A stretch of 64,000 nucleotides of DNA from Firmicutes bacterium UBA5449 (GCA_002424305.1 DIQZ01000035.1:226335-290334); one strand, 5' to 3'. Shown: positions 18,223-28,081, counted from the stretch's first letter. The notes: generated from the sequence alone by a model not told the origin. Made by a program: numbers and translations.

Positions 18223-18717
18223 TCACTCATACTTGTCCAAGATAACCTTTATCTGATCTGATTTAACCCTTGCATATATGTCCTCATTGACTCTGACAAC
18301 AGGTCCAAGACCGCAAGCCCCCATACACCTGACAATCTCCACTGAAAATCTCCCGTCATCGGTAGTGTCTTCCCCCTTGACCCCCAGGTCTTCTCCGAGT
18401 TTCTCCATGATGGCGTCAACACCCTTGACATAACATGCCGTTCCCTTGCAAACGCTGATAACGTTCCTCCCCTTAGGCTTTAACGAGAACAACGCGTAAA
18501 ATGTAACAACACTGTAAACCTCACTAAGAGGGATATCCAGTCCCTCAGCAATCATGACCTGGATTTCTCTGGGAAGATAACCTACTACCTGCTGGGCTTC
18601 ATGCAAGACTTGAATCAAGACACCGGATTTACCTTCATAATAGTCGATTATCTCCCTGACCTTCTCTCTCTGTTCATCGGTAATTTCGCCAATGCATGTA
18701 CACGTCTCACAAGCCAT
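18223..18717 (-). CDS. hydC: HydC/NuoE-like [2Fe-2S] subunit
   Basis: LHEAQ..GYLP, VVTFY, CKGTAC, RCMGACGLGP. Confidence 0.93.
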   Translation of the reverse strand: MACETCTCIGEITDEQREKVREIIDYYEGKSGVLIQVLHEAQQVVGYLPREIQVMIAEGLDIPLSEVYSVVTFYALFSLKPKGRNVISVCKGTACYVKGVDAIMEKLGEDLGVKGEDTTDDGRFSVEIVRCMGACGLGPVVRVNEDIYARVKSDQIKVILDKYE

Positions 18718-18792
18718 ATACCTATTCCTCCTTACCGATCCTCAACCGTAAGTGGGGGCTGCATTCACTACCGAAAACTATAACCTATGTAT

Positions 18793-18808
18793 TGCAACAA
18801 TCATGCCA
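18793..18808 (-). promoter_or_regulatory. Sigma-54 (-24/-12) promoter of hydCBA
   Basis: TGGCATGATTGTTGCA on the minus strand (GG-N10-GC), ~75 nt upstream of hydC and next to a sigma54 activator gene. Confidence 0.85.
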
Positions 18809-18905
18809 CTCTACATGGCATTAGGAATATTGTCGTCAAACCCTTGTGAAAGACGTCACAAAGTCAATTATCATCCATGCAAAAGAGACAAACTCAACCT
18901 CAGGT

Positions 18906-19130
18906 TAATGCACTATTGCATTATTCTTGTAGAATTTTCCACCATATGCGCAAGTTTACTACTTTTGGGAGAACTCTATTCCATATTGAATTTAGATGCT
19001 TATTGTTTGTTTTGGCTTGAAGCTGGAAAAGGAGGTTGTCTTGGTCCGTTTACATCTTGACGACATAACACAGAGCCCACGAAAACGGCATAGAATGCAA
19101 GGTTGCATTGCTTAATGCCAACGCGCATTA
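18906..19130. promoter_or_regulatory. Three AATGC-N6-GCATT palindromes, candidate activator binding sites
   Basis: TAATGCActatTGCATTA (18906-18923), AATGCAaggtTGCATT (19094-19109), TAATGCcaacgcGCATTA (19113-19130). Confidence 0.6.
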
Positions 19131-20420
19131 AGTGGTATACTTTTTAATCTTCCTAACAACAGTGGATTGATTGACTCCGAGGGCTTCCGCCATGTCATAG
19201 GTGGTTTCATGCTTCTCTTGCGCGTGCTTGATTATCTGCCTCTCAACCTCTTCCACAGCCTCGCGCAGAGGCATTATGCCTTTCACTATTACGTTGAGAG
19301 AACCTGTGTCAGCCTCACCTTTGACATATGCCGGCAGATCCTCTACAGAGATCTCCTCTCCTTCTAACGTAACTATAAGTCGTTCCATCAGATTTTCCAA
19401 TTCTCGAACGTTTCCGGGCCAAGAGTACCGTGTCAGGCTCTCTCTTGCTTCCCTGGAAATCGTTTTGTTGTAGCCGTGGGCGCTATTGTGTTTTGCCAGG
19501 AAGTGATATATGAGGGGAATAACGTCATCCCGTCTGTTTCTCAGTGGTGGGATGACTATTGGTACTACGTTTAATCTGTAGAAGAGGTCAGCACGGAACT
19601 CGCCTTTTTCCACCATTCCTGCCAGATCTCTGTTGGTGGCTGCAATTATTCTGATATCAACCTCAATAGGCTGAATCCCGCCAACCCGCGTCAGACGACG
19701 TTCCTGAATCACTTGAAGAAGCTTTACTTGAAGATCAAGAGGAAGATCAGATATCTCATCAAGGAAGAGAGTTCCCAAAGACGCAATCTCTATCATCCCG
19801 GGTTTGCCATCCCGCTTTGCGCCGGTGAACGCGCCTGCTTCGTAACCGAACAGCTCAGATTCAAGAAGGTTTTGAGGAATAGCCCCGCAGTTTATAGTGA
19901 TAAAGGGAGCGTTCCGGCGAAGACTTGCATTATGAATAAATCGCGCGACAACCTCCTTACCCACACCTGATTCACCTAGAATAAGAACGGTACTGGTCAC
20001 CTGCGCTACCTTACCCGCCAAGTGCAACACTCGTCCCATTTCTACGCTGTAGGCGATGATAGCATTGGAAGGAGATTCATGCATCTTGCCATCCCCCGCA
20101 GATTCCCAGGACAGGAGTTCTCGAGCAGTTCTCGTAATACAGTCCTTGCTCACCCCGGGAAGAGCGCGAGCAAAAGCCTGATCAAGATCGCGTGAAACAG
20201 GCCCTCCTGAAGCCAATGCCCAAAGGACTGCCTTCACATTATCTGAAAGCCTCAAAGCGACCTCAGGACATACCCTAAAACACTCTCCGCATCCATCACA
20301 GCGGGACGGGTCTATGATAATCTTGTCTCTTACGAAAGATATGGCATCAACAAGGCATCTTGGAATACAAGAACCACACCTTGTACACTTGTTGTCGTCG
20401 ACAAAGACAAATCCGGGCAA
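19128..20420 (-). CDS. Sigma-54 enhancer-binding protein with N-terminal 2x[4Fe-4S] domain
   Basis: CTRCGSCIPRC and CDGCGECFRVCP; GESGVGKE, ELFGYEAGAFTGA, LFLDEI, WPGNVREL; TyrR-type HTH (AEALGVNQSTVVRK). Likely TTG start at 20420. Confidence 0.92.
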   Translation of the reverse strand: MPGFVFVDDNKCTRCGSCIPRCLVDAISFVRDKIIIDPSRCDGCGECFRVCPEVALRLSDNVKAVLWALASGGPVSRDLDQAFARALPGVSKDCITRTARELLSWESAGDGKMHESPSNAIIAYSVEMGRVLHLAGKVAQVTSTVLILGESGVGKEVVARFIHNASLRRNAPFITINCGAIPQNLLESELFGYEAGAFTGAKRDGKPGMIEIASLGTLFLDEISDLPLDLQVKLLQVIQERRLTRVGGIQPIEVDIRIIAATNRDLAGMVEKGEFRADLFYRLNVVPIVIPPLRNRRDDVIPLIYHFLAKHNSAHGYNKTISREARESLTRYSWPGNVRELENLMERLIVTLEGEEISVEDLPAYVKGEADTGSLNVIVKGIMPLREAVEEVERQIIKHAQEKHETTYDMAEALGVNQSTVVRKIKKYTT

Positions 20421-20493
20421 TTGGCTCCCTCCCCCACAAGCGGCGTTATACAGCACATACCAGGCTAAGAGAGACCTATCGTAAGTTACATGC

Positions 20494-22524
20494 CTATGAG
20501 ACTCCCAATTGCTCTTTATACTGGAGAAGATAGAGTTGATAGTAGATACCGCGTCTTGCCAAGAGTTCCTGGTGGGTTCCTATCTCTCTTACCCTTCCTT
20601 TATGGATTACAATAATCTTGTCGGCATTTTGAATCGTTGACAGCCTGTGAGCTACGACAAGCGTGGTCCTTCCACGAATTAGCTTCGTCAGAGCATCTTG
20701 AATAAGGGCTTCAGTCTCAGTATCAATACTTGAGGTAGCCTCATCCAAAACGAGAATAGCAGGATCTCGCGCAAGTGCTCTTGCAAATGCCAGAAGTTGC
20801 CGCTCACCGCTGGATAATGTGGCGCCCCTCTCCCTGACTCGCGCCTCATATTTCCCCGGGAGTTTACTTATGAACCTATCAGCATTGACATACCGCGCAG
20901 CTTTCAGCACTTCTTCGTCAGTAATGTCAGAGTCTCCCAGCCTTATATTGCTCTGAATGTCCCCGGTGAACAGGAAGACATCCTGCTGCACCACACCTAT
21001 ATGGCGACGAAGCTCATGTCGAGGTATAGTACGAATGTCAACTCCGTCAATGAGTATCTGTCCCCGGGATATCTCATACATCCGTCCAATCAGGCTGATA
21101 ATGGAAGTCTTGCCTGCGCCTGTAGCACCTACGAAAGCACATGTTTCACCTGGCTCAACTCGGAAACTGACATCCCTTAGAACCCAGTCCCCTTCGTTGT
21201 ATGCAAACCATACATTCTTGAACTCAATCTCTCCCCTCGGCCTTGGGAAAGCCATGGGTAAGGTAGGATCAAGCTCAAGGTCATTAGCATCAAGGAGTAT
21301 GAAAATTCGTTCCGCAGAAGCCATGGCAGACTGCATAATATCGTACTTTTCAGTAAGATCGTTAATGGGACGAAAAAACTGTTGCAAATAATTGATAAAA
21401 GCGAAGAGCATACCAAATTCCAAGGTTCCTGCGATTACACGCCGCCCGCCAAACCATATCAAAAGAGCAAGGGCAAGAGAAGAAATAAGCTCAATCGCAG
21501 GTCTGAAAATCGCGTTTATTTTGAGCCTTTGCATGGTCGCACCGAAGTAATCTCGATTGATCTTATCAAATTCCTGAAATTTCTTCTTCTCTCTACCAAA
21601 AATCTGAATTATCCGCATGCCTGAGATGCTTTCAGCCAAAGTAGCATTAATCCTGGCGAGTCTCATCCTGACTGCTCTATATGCATCCCTGGCTTTGATG
21701 CGAAACAGAGCTGTGGCCCCAAATATTACAGGGAGCATAGCAAAACTGACTAACGCAAGCCCAACGTTCATCTTCAACATCACTATGACAATCCCTATCA
21801 GCAAGAAGACGTCCTTGAACAAATTCACCAGAACCGCAGTATACATCTCATTTAATGCGTCCATGTCATTTGTAACTCTGGTAACAAGACGTCCAATAGG
21901 ATTCTTGTCGAAGAAGGATAAAGACAGACCCTGCAAATGCTGAAACAGCTCAAGCCTCATGCTTGATATGATCTTTAGGCCTGTGTACTGAAGAATGTAT
22001 ACCTGTACGTAATTAAGAAGAAAAGCCAGAGTTAAGGCGCCGAACAAAATTAGAGCCAGCTTCGTCACAGCACGGACATCATATTCTTTGAAGACACTTA
22101 AATCAGCGGAAGTAAGCTCCCGCTTTATGATATCACCGTGCAACTCCATTATCAGATAATGCTTGTCTCCCTCCTGCCTAATTTCGGCAGGAACAGGCTC
22201 TCCTGCGATGTCGGAACCTGACTTGTCAAAACCTTTTTTCAGTTCCCGCTCGCGGACAAATATGTATTCATCAAATGCAATACCCCGCCGAGGTTCATTA
22301 CCCGGAGTAAATGCCAGCATGGGTTCGTCAAGGGCATTCATGTGATCATCTATAGCTACTTTCATGAGATACGGCTGCACTAGATCCAGTCCTGTAATAA
22401 ACAGTAACAGTACTATGCAGACCAGAAGGAGACGCCAGTATGGTATGGCATACTTGAGCAGCCTCTTCATGAGTCTCTTATCGTACGCTTTGCCCAACAC
22501 GTCATCTTCATAATGGTTTGCCAT
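20494..22524 (-). CDS. Heterodimeric ABC exporter subunit (YheH-like)
   Basis: TMD plus NBD; GATGAGKT, LSSGERQL, LDEATS. Confidence 0.9.
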   Translation of the reverse strand: MANHYEDDVLGKAYDKRLMKRLLKYAIPYWRLLLVCIVLLLFITGLDLVQPYLMKVAIDDHMNALDEPMLAFTPGNEPRRGIAFDEYIFVRERELKKGFDKSGSDIAGEPVPAEIRQEGDKHYLIMELHGDIIKRELTSADLSVFKEYDVRAVTKLALILFGALTLAFLLNYVQVYILQYTGLKIISSMRLELFQHLQGLSLSFFDKNPIGRLVTRVTNDMDALNEMYTAVLVNLFKDVFLLIGIVIVMLKMNVGLALVSFAMLPVIFGATALFRIKARDAYRAVRMRLARINATLAESISGMRIIQIFGREKKKFQEFDKINRDYFGATMQRLKINAIFRPAIELISSLALALLIWFGGRRVIAGTLEFGMLFAFINYLQQFFRPINDLTEKYDIMQSAMASAERIFILLDANDLELDPTLPMAFPRPRGEIEFKNVWFAYNEGDWVLRDVSFRVEPGETCAFVGATGAGKTSIISLIGRMYEISRGQILIDGVDIRTIPRHELRRHIGVVQQDVFLFTGDIQSNIRLGDSDITDEEVLKAARYVNADRFISKLPGKYEARVRERGATLSSGERQLLAFARALARDPAILVLDEATSSIDTETEALIQDALTKLIRGRTTLVVAHRLSTIQNADKIIVIHKGRVREIGTHQELLARRGIYYQLYLLQYKEQLGVS

Positions 22525-22527
22525 AGT

Positions 22528-24288
22528 CTATATCTCCTCATCGGGGCTGAGCTCCGCTTCGAGCAACTGGCGCTCGTGAATTTCCGCATAGAGTCCCCCT
22601 AGAGCCACAAGAGACTCGTGATCGCCCTGCTCAGCAACCTGCCCTTCATCTAGGACGATGATTTCGTCAGCTTCCTTAAGCGTAGAAATCCTGTGGGATA
22701 TGAGAATAGTTGTTCTCTCTTGCCTGACATCACGCAGTGACTTGAGAATCCTCTCTTCTGTTCCGGTGTCTACTGCGGAAAAGCAGTCATCGAGAATCAA
22801 GATTTTGGGGTCTTTAATAAGCGCTCTGGCTATTGTAACCCTCTGCTTCTGCCCACCGGAAAGAGTCACTCCGCGCTCACCTATCAACGTATCAAATTCA
22901 TCGGGAAATTCCCGGATATCATCTGCGACTCCTGCAAGTTCTGCAGCGTATTCTACTTCTTCACGAGTCAATTCATCACTTGCAAATGCAATATTACGAC
23001 CGACAGAAGTCGAAAACAAAAAGTCATCCTGTGGAACATAGCCGATATCTCTCCTCAGTATTGACAGAGGAATTTTGGTGATATCTATTCCATCAATAAG
23101 CAGCTCACCCGGGGAAGGATCGTACGCTCTTAGCAGTAGATCCACAAGAGTGCTTTTTCCACTCCCTGTACGGCCGAGAATGCCCAGTGTCATGCCGGCA
23201 GGGATGCAAAGAGCGATCCCATCTAACACCGGAGAAGTTGCCTCCGGATATCGAAATGCCAAATTACGAAATTCGATTCTTCCTTCAATCCCCGGAATGT
23301 CCACTATGTCTTCAGCATCAGTAATCTTAGGTTGCACTCTGAATATCTCGTTAAGCCTGTCCAGGGACGCCATGCCCCGCTGGAGAGTGTTAACTACCCA
23401 ACCTATAGCCATCATGGGCCATATCGCCATTCCGAGATAACCTGTGAATGCCACGAAATCCCCAAGACTTACATCGCCTAAGACAACTAACCTGCCTCCG
23501 TAACCCAAGACTACCACAAAGCTAAGACCGGCCAGATACTGCACAAGGGGTCCGAAAAGGCCCCAAATTCTAACCAGATTCATATTGGTTGCAACGAGCG
23601 TCTCATTTGCCTGCCTAAACTTGGATAACTCAGCCTCTTCCTGAACGAATGCTTTGACGACTCGAATACCGCTAAGATTTTCCTGAACAAAATCAGTGAG
23701 ACCTGCAAAAGCCTCTTGAACCCTGAGAAACCTCGAATGTATGACTCTGGCAAACCGCGTGACAACCAAGGCTACGAAAGGTAAAGGCAGAAGGCCAAGG
23801 AGCACAAGTCGTGTATCAATTGTAGTCAGCATGACAGAGATTGTGGCAATAGAGAGGAATACTGCGTCTACCGTTAGCATTATGCCCTGTCCGAATGCTT
23901 GACGAACTGCGTTAATATCATTGGTAGCGTGCGCCATAAGTTCGCCGGTCTTATGCTTGTTAAAGAAATTCGCTGACAAAGTCTCCAGATGGGCAAAGAA
24001 TTTATTCCGCAGTGTATAGTCAAGAAGCCTCGCGGTTCCAAATATGTAGATTCGCCAAAAATACCTTCCCACTGCAACAAGTAATGCAACTCCGATGATA
24101 AGGAATATGTAACGAAGAAGTCCTTGTTGAGTGAGAGCCCCCTGCCGAAACGCATCAGTCAAATTTCCAAGAAGCCGTGGAACTACCAGTTGAAGAACGT
24201 CAACAGCAACAAGAATTATGACACCTATGACATATCTGTACCGATAGCGCCTAAGGAAGTCACCTAGCACCTGCAATTTTTGCCTCAT
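22528..24288 (-). CDS. Heterodimeric ABC exporter subunit (YheI-like)
   Basis: TMD plus NBD; GRTGSGKS, LSGGQKQR, degenerate Walker B LDDC. Confidence 0.9.
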   Translation of the reverse strand: MRQKLQVLGDFLRRYRYRYVIGVIILVAVDVLQLVVPRLLGNLTDAFRQGALTQQGLLRYIFLIIGVALLVAVGRYFWRIYIFGTARLLDYTLRNKFFAHLETLSANFFNKHKTGELMAHATNDINAVRQAFGQGIMLTVDAVFLSIATISVMLTTIDTRLVLLGLLPLPFVALVVTRFARVIHSRFLRVQEAFAGLTDFVQENLSGIRVVKAFVQEEAELSKFRQANETLVATNMNLVRIWGLFGPLVQYLAGLSFVVVLGYGGRLVVLGDVSLGDFVAFTGYLGMAIWPMMAIGWVVNTLQRGMASLDRLNEIFRVQPKITDAEDIVDIPGIEGRIEFRNLAFRYPEATSPVLDGIALCIPAGMTLGILGRTGSGKSTLVDLLLRAYDPSPGELLIDGIDITKIPLSILRRDIGYVPQDDFLFSTSVGRNIAFASDELTREEVEYAAELAGVADDIREFPDEFDTLIGERGVTLSGGQKQRVTIARALIKDPKILILDDCFSAVDTGTEERILKSLRDVRQERTTILISHRISTLKEADEIIVLDEGQVAEQGDHESLVALGGLYAEIHERQLLEAELSPDEEI

Positions 24289-24525
24289 AATCTTACAACT
24301 CCAAGCACACTCTCATAACCCGGTAGGATCAGATGTCCCCCAAGCTGCTACATTACATTATAACTGTGCCTGCCATCTATCGGCAACTCATTTCCGTGTC
24401 ATTCAGCACTGTAGTAACGCTATCCCGATAGTCTGTGCCAATATTCATCTCATGTATTCCAGCACTTAAACGCCTTCGGGTTGCCAAATATCACGGTTCG
24501 GGCTGAAGGTGAAAAAAAATATCGA

Positions 24526-25401
24526 TCACTTCTGATAGGCGCTTACCCGGAGCAACATTTCCCGCACAATCTTCGCTGCCAGAAGTGAGGTTATGTCTGA
24601 GCAATCCCAAGGAGGAGCAACCTCAACCAAATCAAACCCAACAATATTACACTGACCCAGCAGTCTCACTGCTTCAAGAATCTCCAAGGATGAACAGCCT
24701 CCTGGTTCAGGCGACCCTGTCCCAGGCGCAAAAGCAGGATCCACTACATCTATGTCAAGCGTTACGTAACATGGCAAATCCCCGATAATGCTAAGTGTTT
24801 CAGCGACAGCCTCAGGCAGACACCCTGCAATCCTACTGGGACAGGCGTCTGAATTTGCGAATCTGAATTCCTCCGCTGTTCCGGATCTGATCCCTATCTG
24901 ATAGAGATTGTCCACCCCTACGATTTCAGAAGCCCTCCTCAGGACGGTAGCATGGGATAGCTTCTGACCTGCGTACCTGTGCCTGAAGTCTGCATGAGCA
25001 TCCAGATGAACTATAGCCATGTCTTTCAGCGTTTGTGCCACTGCAGTGATGCAAGGCAAAGTCACCAAATGTTCACCTCCAAGAGCAAATGGGATCTTGC
25101 CGTCACCGACGATTTCACTGATGACTTCCATAATTGCCTCGAGGCTGCCTTCTACATTACCGAGGGGCAACACAACATCGCCGATATCCACAGCCCTTAC
25201 CGATGATAGGCATAAGTCTAATACGGGGCTATAATCCTCCAGAGAATAAGACACATCCCTTATTCTGGACGGACCGTGGCGCGCGCCCGAACGCCAACTG
25301 CTTGTGAGATCCATGGGCAGTCCGACAATGACTATATCGGCTTCGGCATATGAACTGTCAGCGCCAAAGAACCTTTGTCTTCTCTCCAATAAATCATTCA
25401 T
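24526..25401 (-). CDS. speB: Agmatinase
   Basis: GARHGP, GGEHLV, HLDAHAD, DIDVVDPAFAPGTGSPEPGG, DLVEVAP; probable start MNDLLE at 25401. Confidence 0.92.
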   Translation of the reverse strand: MNDLLERRQRFFGADSSYAEADIVIVGLPMDLTSSWRSGARHGPSRIRDVSYSLEDYSPVLDLCLSSVRAVDIGDVVLPLGNVEGSLEAIMEVISEIVGDGKIPFALGGEHLVTLPCITAVAQTLKDMAIVHLDAHADFRHRYAGQKLSHATVLRRASEIVGVDNLYQIGIRSGTAEEFRFANSDACPSRIAGCLPEAVAETLSIIGDLPCYVTLDIDVVDPAFAPGTGSPEPGGCSSLEILEAVRLLGQCNIVGFDLVEVAPPWDCSDITSLLAAKIVREMLLRVSAYQK

Positions 25402-25479
25402 CCCGCACTTCCTTCCGGAAGCTATCATATGCATCGAGAGTCTCTCGGCAAGTTGGCCGCCTGTCCCGCAGGCATTCAC

Positions 25480-25938
25480 CTAATACCATAGGACAGCTCC
25501 TGCAAACGAGCATCCGGTTTTTTCCACAACGTGTTCTGCCGCCCTTATCATAATTTTCTCCGGAAACTCATTACGAGCAGCCAAGGCTTCCCGCACCATT
25601 TCCTCAACCCGGGCTTCAGCTTCAGCCTTCGTGCACATACCGGTAAACTCCATAATCACACCGAAACTTCCGGACATGATGCCTACACCGATAGCAGCAG
25701 CGATACGCTGACCGGGAACCTCGCCGATAATAACGCCATAGGCGGTTGGTGTAAGAGACCCGGGCGGTATTTCAACTTGGTGAGAATACTCGGCACCGGG
25801 AGGAAGAATACTGGAGACCCTGAGAAGATTCAAATTTCCAACACCTGCTGACAGCAATGCTTTATCAAACGCCGTAAGTGTCGTATCGCCTTCTCCACTT
25901 CCTGCAACTAACGTGAATCTATGTGGTGTTTGCAGCAT
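25480..25938 (-). CDS. pdaD: Pyruvoyl-dependent arginine decarboxylase
   Basis: AFDKALLSAGVGNLNLLRVSSILPP with the Ser-Ser cleavage site; adjacent to agmatinase. Confidence 0.9.
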   Translation of the reverse strand: MLQTPHRFTLVAGSGEGDTTLTAFDKALLSAGVGNLNLLRVSSILPPGAEYSHQVEIPPGSLTPTAYGVIIGEVPGQRIAAAIGVGIMSGSFGVIMEFTGMCTKAEAEARVEEMVREALAARNEFPEKIMIRAAEHVVEKTGCSFAGAVLWY

Positions 25939-26018
25939 TCTCTTACCCCCACTCTCCGATAGACTCTGAATCGTATATATACTATGATCACTTGTCTAAA
26001 GCTGCAATATCTATTTTG

Positions 26019-27422
26019 TTACCCAACCATAACTTTTTCTTCAGGATAACGCACCTGCACAACATGCTGCCTCTGAGCAATTGCAGTCGCTATTGTAAGC
26101 GGGCCAAGACGACCGATGAACATAGTTAACATAATGAGAATCTTGCCCAACGCAGTTAAGCGGGAAGTAATTCCGGTGGAGAGGCCTACAGTCCCAAAGG
26201 CAGAGACAGTCTCAAATAATACCTCCAGGAATCCGCACGTCTCTGCTGCAGATAGGATTATGGTTATGAAGACTACTATAGTCAAAGAGATGACTGAAAT
26301 AGCTAAGGCTCTATCAATTATTCTCTTGGGAATTCTCCTTCCATAGACCTCCACATCGTCCCTGCCCTTAATTACGCTTAGAACCGCAAGGAATAGGGCA
26401 GTGAATGTAGTGGTCTTGATTCCCCCGCCGGTAGAGCCGGGAGATGCACCTATGAACATTAAGGTCGCAAGAAAAAAGAGGGTTGCGGGCTTAAGATCCC
26501 CGGTGGGAATAGTGCTAAACCCTGCAGTGCGTGCAGTCACAGCCTGAAAGTACGAACCTACTAACCGCTCCCCTATCCCGAGAGATGCAAGAGTTTTCGG
26601 GTTCCTTCCTTCGAGCAAGAACACACCTGTTGTTCCCAGGGCTATTAATATCACAGTTGCTGAGACAACAAGTTTCGTATGAAGGCTGTGCCTTGAGCCA
26701 AATGGGTTTTCTATGAGTTCTGTTACAACAGTAAAACCCAGGCCTCCAACGATTATTAGGCCGGTTATTACTAGATTCACCCATATGTCTCCTCTATACA
26801 AGGAAAGGCTCTGAAACCCTCCAAACAAGTCGAAACCGGCGTTCGAGAACGCAGAAACAGCATGAAACAACCCATAGTAAGCAGCTCTTGGAAGACTCAT
26901 CTCCTCTGACCATCGAAGTGTGAGAAGAACTGCTCCTATGCCCTCTACAACGACTGTAACCACAATGACTTTCCTAATTAATCTAACCATGCCTTCAAGA
27001 GTCAACTGGTTCATAGCTTCCCGGATTAGTATCCTTTCACGGAGCGTCACCCGCTTTCTAAGAATTAAAAAAACCAGGGTAGACATGGTCATGATACCAA
27101 GACCGCCAATTTGGATAAGACATATTATCACTAGCTGGCCGAAAAGCGAGAATTGATCATAAGTATCTACAACTACAAGCCCGGTTACACAGACTGCAGA
27201 TGTAGAAGTGAAAAGCGCATCCCCAAAGGGAAGCCTGTCTCCGCCTCGGGACGATAGCGGAAGACTAAGCAGCAGGCCTCCTATGGCTATGAGAACAGCA
27301 AAGCCTATCACAAGCACTTTGGGTGGACTCAATCTATCAAAGTTTGCAAAGAGCTTTCGCCACTTCCCTGACATTGCCTCTTGAGTCTCAGCAACCAGCC
27401 CAACCCCTCCAAAATGTCCCAA
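26019..27422 (-). CDS. ktrB: KtrB/TrkH potassium uptake membrane subunit
   Basis: Four pore loops: SAVCVTGL, SAFSNAGF, TARTAGF, SAFGTVGLS; GSTGGGIK. Confidence 0.92.
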   Translation of the reverse strand: MGHFGGVGLVAETQEAMSGKWRKLFANFDRLSPPKVLVIGFAVLIAIGGLLLSLPLSSRGGDRLPFGDALFTSTSAVCVTGLVVVDTYDQFSLFGQLVIICLIQIGGLGIMTMSTLVFLILRKRVTLRERILIREAMNQLTLEGMVRLIRKVIVVTVVVEGIGAVLLTLRWSEEMSLPRAAYYGLFHAVSAFSNAGFDLFGGFQSLSLYRGDIWVNLVITGLIIVGGLGFTVVTELIENPFGSRHSLHTKLVVSATVILIALGTTGVFLLEGRNPKTLASLGIGERLVGSYFQAVTARTAGFSTIPTGDLKPATLFFLATLMFIGASPGSTGGGIKTTTFTALFLAVLSVIKGRDDVEVYGRRIPKRIIDRALAISVISLTIVVFITIILSAAETCGFLEVLFETVSAFGTVGLSTGITSRLTALGKILIMLTMFIGRLGPLTIATAIAQRQHVVQVRYPEEKVMVG

Positions 27423-27536
27423 ATGGACCTAAATCTGATGACAAAATTATATCATTGTCAACCTACTTATCAAGAGGCGCATGATTTAGGCACATAACGT
27501 AGGTGCTCAACTTAGGCTCATACGACTTGAGGCTGT

Positions 27537-27896
27537 TCACGCTACCTTGCGATTTCGTGGATGTGTAGCATCCCCTCGTCGCGCCCTCTGGACATGCGCT
27601 TCCGCCCTAAGTCTGGCTGTCTGGAGTTCTTCTCCTCTCGGAACCCTACCGGTAGCTTTCTTATATTCCTGTATGAAAAGTTCGATGAACTTCTCCATTT
27701 TTTCGTCGCCCTTGATACCCCACTGCTTATAGTGCTCCTCGATGTAGTCTACTATGTCCACGGTGGTATCAGCAATAATCTGGTACTTACGATTTCTCTG
27801 ATATACCTGTAGCCCGTAACCTACAAGAATAATAATCAGAGGTTCCATAACTGACTCGCTGCTTATTACATTCCAGAGCATTTTCAACCACTTCAT
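27537..27896 (-). CDS. Small membrane-anchored hypothetical protein (holin LL-H-like layout)
   Basis: ATG at 27896 with GGAGGTG RBS; one N-terminal hydrophobic helix, then 'V.YIEE.....KG.EK'. Confidence 0.65.
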   Translation of the reverse strand: MKWLKMLWNVISSESVMEPLIIILVGYGLQVYQRNRKYQIIADTTVDIVDYIEEHYKQWGIKGDEKMEKFIELFIQEYKKATGRVPRGEELQTARLRAEAHVQRARRGDATHPRNRKVA

Positions 27897-28039
27897 GTTA
27901 TTCACCTCCCCGTCATCAAGAATAGAGATTCTTCTCCCTACATGTCTATATTAAGTAGCAACATAAGATTTTGTGCTTCACCGTTGGATGAGGCGTATAG
28001 ACAAGCCTATGACAGTGACGGTTATCGAGGGGATTCTGT

Positions 28040-28068
28040 TTGACACACACACTTGAACTTGCTATGAT
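28040..28068 (+). promoter_or_regulatory. Sigma-A promoter of the tRNA
   Basis: TTGACA-N17-TATGAT with extended -10 TG. Confidence 0.8.
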
Positions 28069-28081
28069 GTACACACAAAGT

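Noticed and set aside
18752..19060. 102-aa plus-strand ORF
   Set aside because: Lies across the sigma54 promoter and palindromes; no recognisable motifs.
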